From: Tricharina praecox
Lineage: Eukaryota
Reading direction: 5' to 3'
Length of the DNA: 64,000 nt
Assembly: GCF_024521635.1 (NCBI RefSeq)
Contig: NW_026250418.1
Location: forward strand, 186,001-250,000
Positions within the stretch are counted from its first letter, which is position 1. Every line of letters begins with the position of its first letter. The notes under the pieces are model-generated. The model was not told where the DNA came from, made no database searches, and saw only the letters and a program-made list of their open reading frames with translations. Positions 48,926 to 61,195 of this stretch are shown here, one piece after another. A program made the translations under genes and the position numbers.

Positions 48926-51038
48926 ATGACCGACACAGTGCGCATAGTCGTCTGCGGCGACGAAGGTCTCTCCCCTGGCCGTCCCTTTACTTTACTTAGC
49001 TGACACCTTCAGGCACGGGCAAAAGCTCCCTCATAACCTGCCTGGTGAAAGACCACTTCCGACCAACCAAGATCCAGCCAACGCTTCCGGCGTTAACAAT
49101 CAGCGCACCGTCCGGCGTGTCCACAACCATAATCGACACCTCCTCGCTCCCACAGGAGCGGAACACGCTCCGCAAGGAGATCCGGCGCAGCAACGTGATC
49201 TGCCTTGTGTACAGTGACCACTACAGCTACGAGCGGGTATCGCTATTCTGGCTGCCGTACTTCCGCGGCCTCGGCGTCAACCTTCCCGTGGTACTGTGCG
49301 CAAATAAGAGCGATCTGTATCCCGGCGTTGGCGCGGATGTCGAGGCAGAAACGAGGAAGGAAATGATGCCCATTATGGTCGAGTTCAAGGAGATTGACTC
49401 GTGCATTAGGGCCAGTGCCAAGGAGTTGAGGAATGTTAATGAGGTATGGGACTTCTGGAGGGGGAGGAGGGGGAGGGGGGGAGGGAGGGCGCGGCTGATG
49501 TGTGTGGCGGGGGGCAGTTGTTTTATCTTTGTCAGCGCGCAGTCACACATCCCATTGCGCCGCTCTATGACTCCAAAGAACAGAATTTGAAGCCGGCGGC
49601 GACGGCGGCGCTGCAGAGGATTTTTTGTGGGTAGTTCTACTGCTGGAGGGAATGGTTGTTGTTTGTTGGGCTAATGGGTGTTGCTGTGCTGGTAGTTCTC
49701 TGCGATCGAGACCAGGACGGTCTGCTCAACGACAAGGAGATACAGGACTTCCAGACCAAGTGTTTTGGCAAGCCACTGGCACCCGACGACCTCGAGGAGA
49801 TCAAGACGCTTATCCGGAAGACGTCGCCGGAGTCTGCCACCGAGGAGGGGATAGACGGGCGGGGGTTCATCCTGCTGAACAAGATCTTTGCCGAGAAGGG
49901 GCGACACGAGACTATATGGAGCATCCTGCGGACGTTCCACTACACCGACTCGCTGAGCCTGAAGGACAGCTTCCTGCACCCGAAATTCGAGGTGCCACCG
50001 GGAGCATCCGCGGAGCTGTCGCCGATCGGATACCGGTTCTTTGTAGATCTGTTCCTGCTATTCGACAAAGACAACGACGGCGGCCTCAACGAGTCCGAGC
50101 TCAGCGCGCTCTTTGCGCCCACCCCCGGTCTTCCCGCCTCCTGGATAGAACGCGGCTTCCCGTCCTCCACCGTCCGCTCCGAGGCCGGCCATATCACCCT
50201 CCAGGGCTGGCTGGCACAGTGGTCAATGACCACCTTCCAGTCCCCCGCCACAACGCTCGAATACCTCGCCTACCTCGGCTTCGACAGTCACTCGAAGTCC
50301 GGTACCGCGGCGGCGTTAAAACTGACGAAGCCACGACGGCGCAAGCGGCGGCAAGGAAAGGTCGAGCGCAACGTAGTCCTCTGCTACGTCCTCGGCTCGT
50401 CAGGCTGCGGCAAGAGCACATTGCTGGACGCATTTCTGAACCGGCCGTTCTCGCCGACCTACAACCCGACGATCAAGCCACGCACCGCCGTCAACAGCGT
50501 CGAGCTGCAGGGCGGAAAACAGTGCTACCTGATACTAGAGGAGCTCGGCGAGCTCGAACCAGCAATCCTCGAGAATAAGGCAAAGCTGAGCGAGTGCGAT
50601 GTCGTCTGCTACGCTTACGACTCGAGTAATCCAGACTCGTTCGCGCACGTGGCTGAGCTACGGGTACTCCCCCCCCTCTCCCCCGCCCCCACAAGAGCGC
50701 ACCACTAACCGCAGCAGAGTAAACACCCGCACCTCGACGACCTCCCTGCGGTGTACGCCGCGCTAAAGGCGGACTTGGACAAGACGACGCAGCGGTTTAC
50801 GCAGCAGCCGGAGGAGTACACGCGGGACCTAGGTATGTCGGCGCCGCTGCACGTGTCGACGACGTGGACGAGCGTGAGCGAGCTGTGGGCGAACGTGGCG
50901 GAGGCCGCGCTGTCCCCCGGCATGGCCAGTCCACGCACCGAGCCCGAGAGGGCTGATAGGACCAATCTGTGGATTGCTGGCGGCGTGGCGGCTGCGGCTG
51001 CGGTCGTGGCGGGCGTCGCGTGGAAGAGGACTGCGTAG
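48926..51038 (+). CDS. GEM1: Mitochondrial Rho (Miro) GTPase (~622 aa); exons 48926-48965, 49013-49443, 49518-49626, 49696-50663, 50715/50718-51038
   Basis: N-terminal GTPase [17 protein letters not shown] hands [12 protein letters not shown] and [13 protein letters not shown]-terminal GTPase GSSGCGKS and a C-terminal TM anchor followed by KR. Confidence 0.97.
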
Positions 51039-51139
51039 ACTGCGTAAGGCTTGGGAAGGGGGCTAATGTACTATTGGTAATGAATGGCCCTCAGATGAGG
51101 TATTGACACTCCTGGGGGTCAGGGCAAAAAGGGCAAAAA

Positions 51140-51226
51140 TGATCACTACAGGGGTCGAACCTGTGACCTTGGCGTTGCACACTGGATGTATTAGCACCAC
51201 GCTCTAACCAACTGAGCTAAGCGACC
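51140..51226 (-). tRNA. tRNA-Ile(AAT) with 13-nt intron (51176-51188)
   Basis: GGTCGCT...AGTGATC-A acceptor, GCTCAGTTGGTTAGAGC D-arm, TGGTG-CT-AAT-A[intron]A-CGCCA anticodon arm, ACAGG-TTCGACC-CCTGT T-arm and a T5 terminator. Mature length 74 nt. Confidence 0.96.
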
Positions 51227-51709
51227 TTGATTGAGTGCTCACACCGTCTGCCAATTATAACACCATTTTTACGCTCCACGACTTGAATAGATATTCCAAA
51301 ATCCTTCTATATTCCCCGTTCCCCCACCCAACAACACAACAACACTAGCACTTACTCACTCACTCAGGAAAACATGCACTTTCCCTCACCCTCACCCTCA
51401 CCCCCCATAAACCGGAGTCCGTCCGTCCCAGTCCAAGTCCAAGTCCATCGCACAGATTACGGCGTAAAATGCAACAAGAAAATTACAAAGGAAAAGAAAA
51501 AATAAGAAAAAAGAGAACAGTATGGTATATTAGGTGTCAAGGAAAACAAAAAAAGTATAGAAAAAGTAGAACACCAGCCGACAAAAAAAACACGAAGGAA
51601 AAGGAAAATTCAAGAGAAGGACTGTGAGCTCGAAGCAGAATAATAACGAAAAAAAGGGTAGAAAATTAAAGCTGAACACGCGCAAACGATCGATCGATTA
51701 TCCCATCCT

Positions 51710-52304
51710 TTACGGGGCGACAGGAGTAGGAGCGGGAGCAGCAGGAGCCTGGACGGGAGCAGCGGCGGCTGCGGCGGCGGCGGCGGGAGCAGCAGCAGCA
51801 ACAGCAGCAGCAGGAGCCTCCTCCTCCTTCTTCTCCTCCTCTTTGGGCTCCTGAGCAGGCGCGGCAAGGACTATTGGCGAAACCTCTACTGGCGGGGCGG
51901 CGGCGGCAGCAGCAGCAGGAGCAGTCGCGGGGAGTTCCGCACTCTGCGCATCGATGGGAGCAGCGGCTGGGGCGGCGGGAGCTGTCGTGTCACACCAACC
52001 GTCAGCACCAACATCCATCTTCGATCTGGCCAATCACGCGCGCACTGGAGCCTGGGGGAGCTGGGGGAGGGGGGTTGCGTACTCTCTTCTGTAACAGCCT
52101 CAGCAGCGGCCGCGGCGGGTGCTGCCTCAGCAGCTGCGGCGGCCTCCACAGCGGGCTCCTCGGTCTTCTTGGACTTCTTCTTCCTGCCCAAAAGGCTACG
52201 CCCGAGGCGCTTCAGGAGGTTCATGGCATTCGGGGGCTGCGGATCGGTCAGTGACGCGTTCGCAGTGCGTAAGAACGGGTGAGAGAACTCACAACTCCAG
52301 GCAT
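51710..52304 (-). CDS. Small Ala/Pro/Glu-rich protein with a basic N-terminus (~145 aa); exons 52304-52293, 52236-52083, 51981-51710
   Basis: CAAGATG start context. Introns GTGAGT...ACTGAC...CAG (56 nt) and GTACGC...GCTGAC...CAG (101 nt) give the continuous frame MPGVPPNAMNLLKRLGRSLLGRKKKSKKTEEPA...PVAP-TAA. Confidence 0.8.
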
Positions 52305-53610
52305 CTTGACTGTGGTGTGTTGTAAAAGGGGTGTTGTGTTGAGGTACGGTATTAAGAGTCGCAAGTGGTGGTGGTGTTGCCGGTGAAGAAGACGAAGTGA
52401 AGAAGTGTGAAGAGGAGGAAGGTGAAGGCAAGGAATGTGAAGAAACAAGAATAAGAACAAGAACTGGAGACAAGAAGACAGGAAGAAGTAGGGAAGGGGT
52501 GGGTGTGTGTGTGGTTTATTTGAGGGGGGTGTGAGAGCGAACGCTGGGAGATTTGGAGAACGAGATGGGATTGGCTTTTGCAGGGATGATTGCACTAACA
52601 GCTACCTGGGAGGCGAAGCACCAATCGGGGGAGGGTCCTGGAGCATGGTGATGTTAGCTGTTGCAGTGAGCACCTCGCCTCCAGCAGCAGGGACTGATGT
52701 CAGTAACGTTATTTCTGACGTTAACTCTACTGCGACGACGGTGGTGACGACGGTGACAAGGAGGACGGGGACTCTGTTTCTCTCCATTCTTCAGCTTCGC
52801 GACGGACCCTGAGACTGAGATTGGCCGTGTACGGGACAGGACCCTGATCCCGATCCCGCCGGTGCTCAAGTACAGGGATACAGTCAAACGGTACGGATGT
52901 GTCAGAGAAAGATGAAGGGAAACAAAACATCAACATTCTTCATGGATTTCAGTGGCACGGCACGGTATCTGGTACATACACAGTGGATCCATGGATTTAT
53001 CCAACATTACGAAGTCAAAGTCAAAGTACTCGGACACGCACAGCTTCTTGCAGTGGATCATAACTACTCTGGGCCAAATCCACCACAATTGCCAATTTGC
53101 ATCAGAATCGACGCTGAACGCGTACGACGAATAACGAATAACGAACACCGCCGAAACGGTTCACTTGACACCGGAATGTGGACAGCGAACGACGATCTGA
53201 CAGAATCTAGTAATGTACCACCCTCCCCCCCCCCCCCGGCCCACCGCGATAACTTAGCATCATTCAAAGAAAACGAGCGGAGGAAAAAGATGTCGGTAAG
53301 TCACTCTCGCTTTCCGTATACCTATCGTCACCATTATCATCCATCGCGCTCCCGCCCCATCGATTGTGCATCACCATGCTGCAGGAATTCTCTTCTCGCA
53401 CATAGTCTGCCTTAGCCCCGATCCGAAATAAGATGAAGAAAATCGAAAAAGCAAAGAAAATAGACACCGTGTTTGGAAGAATTAAAGAAAAACATAATGT
53501 GAAGGAATCAACGGAATTATACAAACTCCTGTTTTGGTGTGGTAGACTCCGGCCCATAAAGTAGGAGCTATCGTACAGACATCGTGTACCCGGATAAATG
53601 TTGAACTCGT

Positions 53611-54658
53611 TTACTCTTCGTCCTCGGCTTGCTGGTAAATATGCTTTCCTCTGGTAACGTCTTTCCTCATGGGCTGACCAGAGCCTGTGAATCCAACTGT
53701 ATACCCCCCCCCCACCGTATGTCAGCGCAGCACTTTCATCGAACGCAAGAAAACGAGGTCAACCGAAACGTAGACGTACCCCGCCCGTGCACACTATCCG
53801 GTGTCCTGAACATGCTCGCCTCGCCGATCCTCTTTGTCTTCCCCATCTTCCCCTTAACACCCTTCGCCGCAAAGTCCTGCCACTTCTTTTGCCCGGCCTC
53901 CAGCACCTTCTTCTGCTCGAGCTTCCTCCCCTTCTTCGCGGGCTTCTGCGACGCATCGGCGCCGAGTTGATCCCTCCTCGCCTCGGCTAACTCCGCATTT
54001 ATCGCCGCGGGTTGCGAGATCACCGCACCACCGTTCGGAGTCGCATTGCCACCCGTAGGCGTAGCCGGGGAATCCAGCTTCCTCTTCTTACTCGCGTTGC
54101 CGGCCGGCTTGATATCCTTCGGGTACAGCTGCTCGGTGACATTGTACTGGGTGAATTTGACGAGGTACACGGGATTCTTGAGGGAGCCCGTCACTGAGGT
54201 AATCCGCGCTGGGTATAGCTGGTTATCACCGCTCGTCCATCGCGCCAGAACGTTGTCACCAACTGCATATGTACTACCACCACTACCACTTCCCGACTCG
54301 TTCGTCGCATTCGCATCGTATTTGCCGCTGCTATGGTGGACCGGTGTGCTGCTGTGGTTGTTGTTGTTGTGGTTGTTGTGGTCGTTGGGCGTGCTGTTGT
54401 ACGCGCCGGCGCCGCTCTGCTCCGCAAGAACGGACTCCGTCAGCGAGATGGCTTCCTTCAGCTCTGCGATGAGAGATTGGAGTTCGGCGTTGTCTGGATC
54501 GGTCTTCAGGGCAGCTTCGACTGACTCGAGCTAGCACACACACAACACACACACACATCGTCAGTTCCCATCCATCCCACGTGTGGCGCGCAAAGGGGGA
54601 GGGGGAGGGGGAGGAAACTTACCTGCAGCTGGTATTCTTTGAGTTCTTCTGCAGACAT
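53611..54658 (-). CDS. SPF30: Splicing factor SPF30/SMNDC1 (Tudor domain) (~290 aa); exons 54658-54623, 54530-53780, 53696-53611
   Basis: EELKEYQLQLESVEAALKTDPDNAEL N-terminus, Tudor-like VGDNVLARWTSGD..YPA, QKKWQDF and SMFRTPDSVHGRVGFTGSGQPM. Confidence 0.92.
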
Positions 54659-55875
54659 GGTTGCGCGAGTATGTGGGGAGGGAGGGGTAGGTGGGGGAGA
54701 GGGGAATGTACGTGATGTGATGTACGTGATGTGTGTGAGTGAGGGCGTGTGAGTTTGGTGAAGGTGGATGGTTTTGCGTCGGTGAATACCTTCCTCGCCT
54801 CTGGGCTTGGACGACCCAGTCAAGCTCTGCGCCAAGCCACGTTATACGTGCGGAGCCGCAAAGTTTGAGCTAGCCAGACGTAACTAACCAGACGGAGTCG
54901 GACTCGGACATCGATATCATGATTTCCATCTCGGCTGGTCACCGATCGGCTTCCGGACTTGGAAAACTCTACCCTACGGTACGGTGAAGGGAAGACGATA
55001 GCTCTGTCAGCGCACATATAAACTAATTCGCTGGTTTGAATAACTCTTACGAGGGCCCACTCTACTGGTAACATATCTTTTCAATGTGCTCTCGTCCATC
55101 TCTTTCCTCCTCATGCTCCTCCTCCTCCTCCTCCTTCTGAACTCCCATCCCCTTCTCCCTCCAAGCTCATCCTCATCTCATCCTCCACCTTTCCTCCTCA
55201 TTCTCTGCTCTTCACCTCTTCCTTCCCTTCCCATTCTTTCCTCTTTTATGGCTAGTGACGCCGCGGTAAGTACCGCCTAGCGTAGCTCCGCTCCGCGTAA
55301 TTACTCGAACATACGGCGCTTATGAGCATGAGCACCAGCGGCGTCAGACTCCAGATTCTTCTGGAAATTGGGAAGAATCCGACACATATCCACGGTGCCT
55401 TCCCATACACTTTCCAGTGTCAGAAGCGACATCGCCGACCTCCAGTGAGGCGTTCAGACTAAAACGCGCCAACTGAGCGTCTAGTCAGGATGGTCGTGTT
55501 TATGATAGATACACATCGTTGTATGAGGTGGGGTGGCGTTTCAAACACGTAGGAGTACTCGAGTAGTTGCTCGCACGATGCAACAGGTTGCTTAGTCACG
55601 GCAGCCTGGGGAGGGTGGGCATTGGGAGCCTGGAGGGAGTGTGGGAGTGAGGGAATCTGTGCCAAGAGCATGAAGAAATAAATCCCAAATTCTGACCGTT
55701 ATTCTGGCGGTGAAACATCCATACAAGTTAACGGTACTCTCCATAGCTATTGAACGAATGGAGCATCCCCGGGCCTCCATGTGCATTGTGAATTCTAGAC
55801 CCTGAATGCGTCCAGCATCGGTACTCCATGTATTCATCCGCCGCCTTCCCTCACATCATCCCTCCCATCCATCCC

Positions 55876-55920
55876 TCCATCCACATCCACATCCACATCC
55901 ACATCCACATCCACATCCAC
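55876..55920. repeat. (ATCCAC)n hexanucleotide microsatellite
   Basis: Read directly. Confidence 0.85.
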
Positions 55921-58493
55921 AGCACACATCCCAGCAAGATGAGGACTCACGCAAAAGAGAGATGCGACCCGACAAAAAAGGACGGTTCCGTCGGCGTTAA
56001 AAAAAAACAATACATAGCATGCCACTTTACTGCCGATGAGAACCTGCGGTGCAAGATACAAGTCGTAGAGTGCTTCACGGTACTTATACATACAAATCAC
56101 GAATGTCTCCCCCACAGCCGGTAATGCACCCTGTCATCCAGGTAGGTAGCGGATGCAGATCCGCTGCCACCGCAAAGACGGCAGTGGAGCAAATATCCGT
56201 AGGCCCCCTCCCCCCCCGAATGCAGTTCTATCCGGGGTTCGGCTTGCGCAGCCACTCACGCCGCATCACTCGCACCTATATTTCGTGCTCGAGATGTCAA
56301 GTTTGCAGAGTGATCTGACTCACTCACCTGAGCCTACACTGCATGCATTCAAATTCTGTGCAGTAGATATATTAGTATACGCCTAGATAAAGATAGGCAG
56401 TATGCCCGGCGGTGTACACTGTATGTATGCGTGTCAGATTCCTGAGCAGAATGTTGCTTCTGGAATCGAAGCGCTACGGCCTACGGCCTACGGCTGGGTG
56501 ACAGCTTCGCTAGTTACCAACTGCTCTACCTACTCTGTGGAGATGTGTAAATGTTCGAAGCCTTGCTGGCGCCGGAGCCAGGTGTGTCGCGGAACTGCAG
56601 TGAGCCGACCGACCATCCTCCAGGTTCCAACACGAGTCTACGGTTTGTGAGCTCGAGTGAGTGGATTGCGGAATCCCACCACGCCAAGACAGGGGCGAAT
56701 GGACGGTCGAACGCCCTATCCGATGCCATTAACTCTTGCACGGGTTGCGGCTTTTGAGCTGGTCAGGAGCTGCTTCGGATCCGTGTCGACGAACCAACGA
56801 CAAAAGACGCCGGGAAAGAGAAGAAAAGAAAAGAAAGAAAAAAGCTACACTGGGTTATCACCCAAAATAGGGACCTGCCTTGCTGCATTGGATTTGGCTG
56901 TGGGAAACACTCTACGCTAGAATAGGCAAAGTGGTGCTCTATTCTGCAGTCCATCGACAACATGCTCACTGAATTAGTTATCAACAGCAGCTGCCATGAG
57001 AGCACACTCAAATGACTCGACCGTCGTTTGTTGCAAAAAGCAGGTACAGGAGTAGGCAGAGCAGAGCAGAGTTTAGATGATTGCTCGACATGGACGCCGA
57101 TTCCTACTTGCTCTGGCCATCGTCTCTCCGATGATCTGCGGTTGACTGGCCCGGGACTCTGTTCGTTCTAGTACTCTGCAGACTCGCCCGCGATTTCTGC
57201 AGTTTTTTGATTTGTAAACACACCGTTGCCAGAAGAACGTGACAGAAGCAGCTGGCCGGGAGGGCACACGCAAAGGCGACCCCCCCCTTCCTTCCTTCCT
57301 CGAGTACGAACTGTGTCCGGCCGAAGTGCTTTTGATTCTCGGAAACTGGGTGTCTCTTTCTCTCCTCCTCGAGCTCATCCGATCCTCCCGTTGCAGTGTT
57401 GCAGCCAGTAGCCGCTGCCAACCCTCTCTCCGTCAGCAACCGTCGAGCCGAGAGACGACAGAGAACAGCATCATCATTATCATCATTATCATCGTCATCG
57501 TCATCATCAGCATCAGTATCATCACCATCTCGCCTCCCCCCCCCACACCAGCCCATCTCGATAGCTTTGGCTTCCAGACCGACGGCCATTACTTACCTCC
57601 CAACACGAGCGGACTTCGAGCCCCAGCGCCAGCCCCACGCAGCATCCATCCATCCATCCATCCAACGTGAATTTGACTCTGCGATCCCGCACAGCTAGCA
57701 CCAAAACGCGTACCCTAGCTACCCTACCTACTGGCCGCTGCTAGGCTACATTTGAGACGATCGAACGAGGGGCTCTGTCTCACTCCCGCTGCCCGGCTGC
57801 TCTGCTCTGCTAACTACTGCCGCCTGCCCCAACTTTGCGTTGCCTCGACTCTGCTCTACCTACTCCATCCCAACCTACTGCCCTGCCCGTCCGTCATCGA
57901 TTTCCCCTCTACCCACCGCCATCACCATCACCATCCACCCACTATCGACTGCACCACCACACACCACTCTCAATACACCACTCACCGCATACCGCACAAC
58001 GTGGTCTGGCAGTTGCAAAGCAAAACAAAAAAAAACAAAAAAGCATACAACTCGGATCAGATTAGATCCCCGTTGGCTTCTTCGATTCGTTTCCGCCTGC
58101 TCAACACAGTAAATTCAAAAAAGTGGAGTTTAGCTTCCTAAATCCGCTCGCCCCAACACCAAATTCCCTTTCGAGTGGACTGGAGTTCGAATTAAAAAAA
58201 AAAAAAAAGAGAACGACTTCTGGAAACGTCATCTCCATCTACACCTTTGGAAGAAGCTTGAACAATCCATTCCGACCATCGTGAGCCCGTACCAACAGAA
58301 AAAACATCGCCATCAATAAGGCTATTGCGTTGACTTCGCCTACGAGCAACGTTAATCGGGCGGAACGACTACCAACTACCGCTACCCACCCACCACCACC
58401 ACCCACCACCACCACCCACCACCACTACTACTACCACCACTAGAACTCGTTCGATCGAAAAGAGAAAAGAAAGGAAGCAACACCGTTCGGGAG

Positions 58494-60695
58494 ATGACAG
58501 CGACTGCACCAGATAACCTCTACCTCTCGCCAGACCAGCAAGATCTCCTGCTTGCGGCATTGACTTCGAATTCCTCATCTTCTCCAATGTTCACGCCCGG
58601 ATTATCGCACCACATCGCGGGAGCGCCTCCGCAGCAGCAACAGCAGCAACAACAAAGAGACAACAACAGCAACCCACGATCGTACGCGCACGGCTCTCCA
58701 CCGGCCCTGCCCACCACAGAGTTCCCGCACGGTACACCGTTGCTGGATGGAAACATGGACTACGGGGATTGGGATGCGGAGTTTGATCAGGATGGAACGT
58801 GGGACTACGATCTGGGCACGGATCTGATGCATGACACGCCGCCGTCGACGTCGAATGATGGAAACGAAACCACGAACGGGGACACGCCGCATCCGTCGTC
58901 GTATAATGGCGACAAGAGGAAGGATCCGCCGCAGAGCGATGGCACAGATGATCCTCATGAGTCGGAACCGAAGAGGAGGGGTGCGTAAACTCTCTACATA
59001 GTCCCTTCTCTCCGCCCGTTCTTCGCTTTGCCTCTTGTTTCTATATTTAACGAAATCTATATCCTTCTTTTCTTTTTCTCACGATTCCCAAACTGCCTAA
59101 GCTGCTGCCTAAGCTGCTGCTGTGTTTCTCCTTGCTTGCCTATATCCTTCATACTGCCACCTTCTTGTCTTCCTCTTGACTTGGAAGTTGATGGTCTGAC
59201 GCATAAAACAGATGACAAGGACAACAAGACGGCCAAGAAGCCTGGCCGCAAGCCACTCACATCAGAACCCACTTCCAAGCGAAAAGCTCAGAACCGTGCA
59301 GCGCAGCGGGCATTCCGTGAGCGCAAGGAAAAGCACCTGAAGGATCTTGAGCAGAAGGTTGAAGACCTTCAGAAGGCGTCCGAGTCGGCCAACCACGAGA
59401 ATAGCATGTTGCGAGCTCAGGTGGACCGGCTACAGACCGAACTCCGCGAATACAAGAGACGCTTGCATACCACCGAGCTCACGCGGTCGTCCTCGTTAGC
59501 CAATATGGGTGGATTCCAGTTCGATTTCCCGCCGTTTGGCAGTGGCATCTTCGGTAGCCAGAAGGATAGTAGTAAGGATGGCCTTAAGCTCGGAACCGGG
59601 TTCATTGAAAGGATCAGCTCTCTCGACCCGACGCAGCAGCAGAAGAGGCCGTCGGCTACCCCTACAACTGGAAACCATGGCAATGGTTCGAGTAAGTCAC
59701 TACCAAGTCCTCCGAGCACAGTAAACTCTAGCCTGTCGGATCTGTTCAGCCCGTCTATTATCGAATCGATTAATAAGTCTTCGTCACCAGATTACATGAC
59801 CGGTGTCGAGAATTCGAGTCTACAAAACACTCCCAAGCTCAATGGTGGACGCGACCCTACATCGTCCCCCTCTGCATCGTCAGTCTCACAGCATGGCCCA
59901 GGATCCTCGTGCGGCACGACTCCGGAACCATGCAACGGCTCGCCGACGTCCTTCAAACCTACAGATCCCCTCGGCCCCATCAGCGAGGAAGGTATGACTA
60001 CTCATACTTCCCCCGGTGGTGATACCTATGTGTGCAAGTCCGGTGTCCTGGATGGAGAGACCGAAACCACATTCTGCGAGAAGCTTGGCATGGCTTGTGG
60101 CAATCCGCACAACCCCATCCCGAAGGTGCCGCAGTTCAGCACCACATCCGATGCCACGACGAGCTCACTCGACTGGCTGTCGCAGCAGAGCAGCGGGAAT
60201 AACTTTGATCCTGTGCTCTTCAACGACTACCGAGACCCTGTCAACGATATCAACACCACGATAGGAATGAGCTTCTTTGACGATGCGTTCCCGGCCGTCA
60301 GCTTCGACACCACCGCGCCAGCACCCACCGCCAATCCCACCACTGCCGAGTCGAAGAAGGATCTTATCGCTGCGATAGATGCCCTGAACGACGAGGACGA
60401 CGACGAAGTCGTGCCAGCTGACGATCCTAAGCAAATGTTGAGCTGTAACAAGATTTGGTTTGTCCACCCCCTTATCGCCAATGGCACTACTACTGTGAGA
60501 TTGCTGATGGTTAATCGGTTCAGGGATCGGATTAGCTCCCATCCGCGGTTCGTCAGCGGTGAGTTGGATATGGATGGGCTGTGCTCGGAGCTGAGGAGCA
60601 AGGCCAAGTGTTCCGAGGTCGGCGTCGTGGTTGCAGAGAACGATGTGCAGGAGGTCCTGGGAAAGGTGGGGATGTCGCATAAGGATATCATGTGA
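58494..60695 (+). CDS. YAP1: AP-1-like redox-regulated bZIP transcription factor, Yap1/Pap1 family (~634 aa); exons 58494-58980, 59212-60457, 60524-60695
   Basis: YLSPDQQDLLLAAL N-terminal motif, bZIP KRKAQNRAAQRAFRERKEKHLKDLE, n-CRD FCEKLGMACG and c-CRD SCNKIWDRI...MDGLCSELRSKAKCSE. Confidence 0.96.
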
Positions 60696-61195
60696 TCCGC
60701 GTGATGCTTTCATTTTTTGGACTTTTGTTTTTGGGTTCTTGGCTTGTGTTAACTTATGTGGGATGATCTATCTGCTTGGGAGTTTGAGGTTTTGGAATTT
60801 TTTGTCGCTTTCCCCTGTCGATGCTGTAAGAGTAATTCCAGTGTTGCTATTTTTTTCCTTCTTCTTCTTCTTCTCTCTATTCTGTCGTTTCTTGTCTTTC
60901 ATTACTCAGGTTAAGTGTGCAATTACAGCCCGATCGTTCTTTGATGTCTCTGCGATTCTATATATCTCCCTCTTTATGGGATGTTAGCCAAGTTGGATTG
61001 GGTGGTTGGATTGCTCGGTGGGTGATGACGTGACGATACTGGTGATTGTGGGTTTGATATTGGCTGTTGGTAGATCGTGGATATGTTCTTACATGAAGAT
61101 GTCACAGCACGGATGCAGTACAGCACACAAACCACTCGATTTTGCCTACAACAAAAGAGCAAGCTACATCCCGCAAGCCACACCCCTCGCCGCGC

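Noticed and set aside
52897..53415. 172-aa plus-strand ORF
   Set aside because: Lies in promoter/3' UTR-type sequence with no domain or codon bias.
59028..59211. Hydrophobic, Cys-rich N-terminus of the 555-aa ORF
   Set aside because: It is translated YAP1 intron 1 from a TTG start; retention from the true start hits TAA two codons in.
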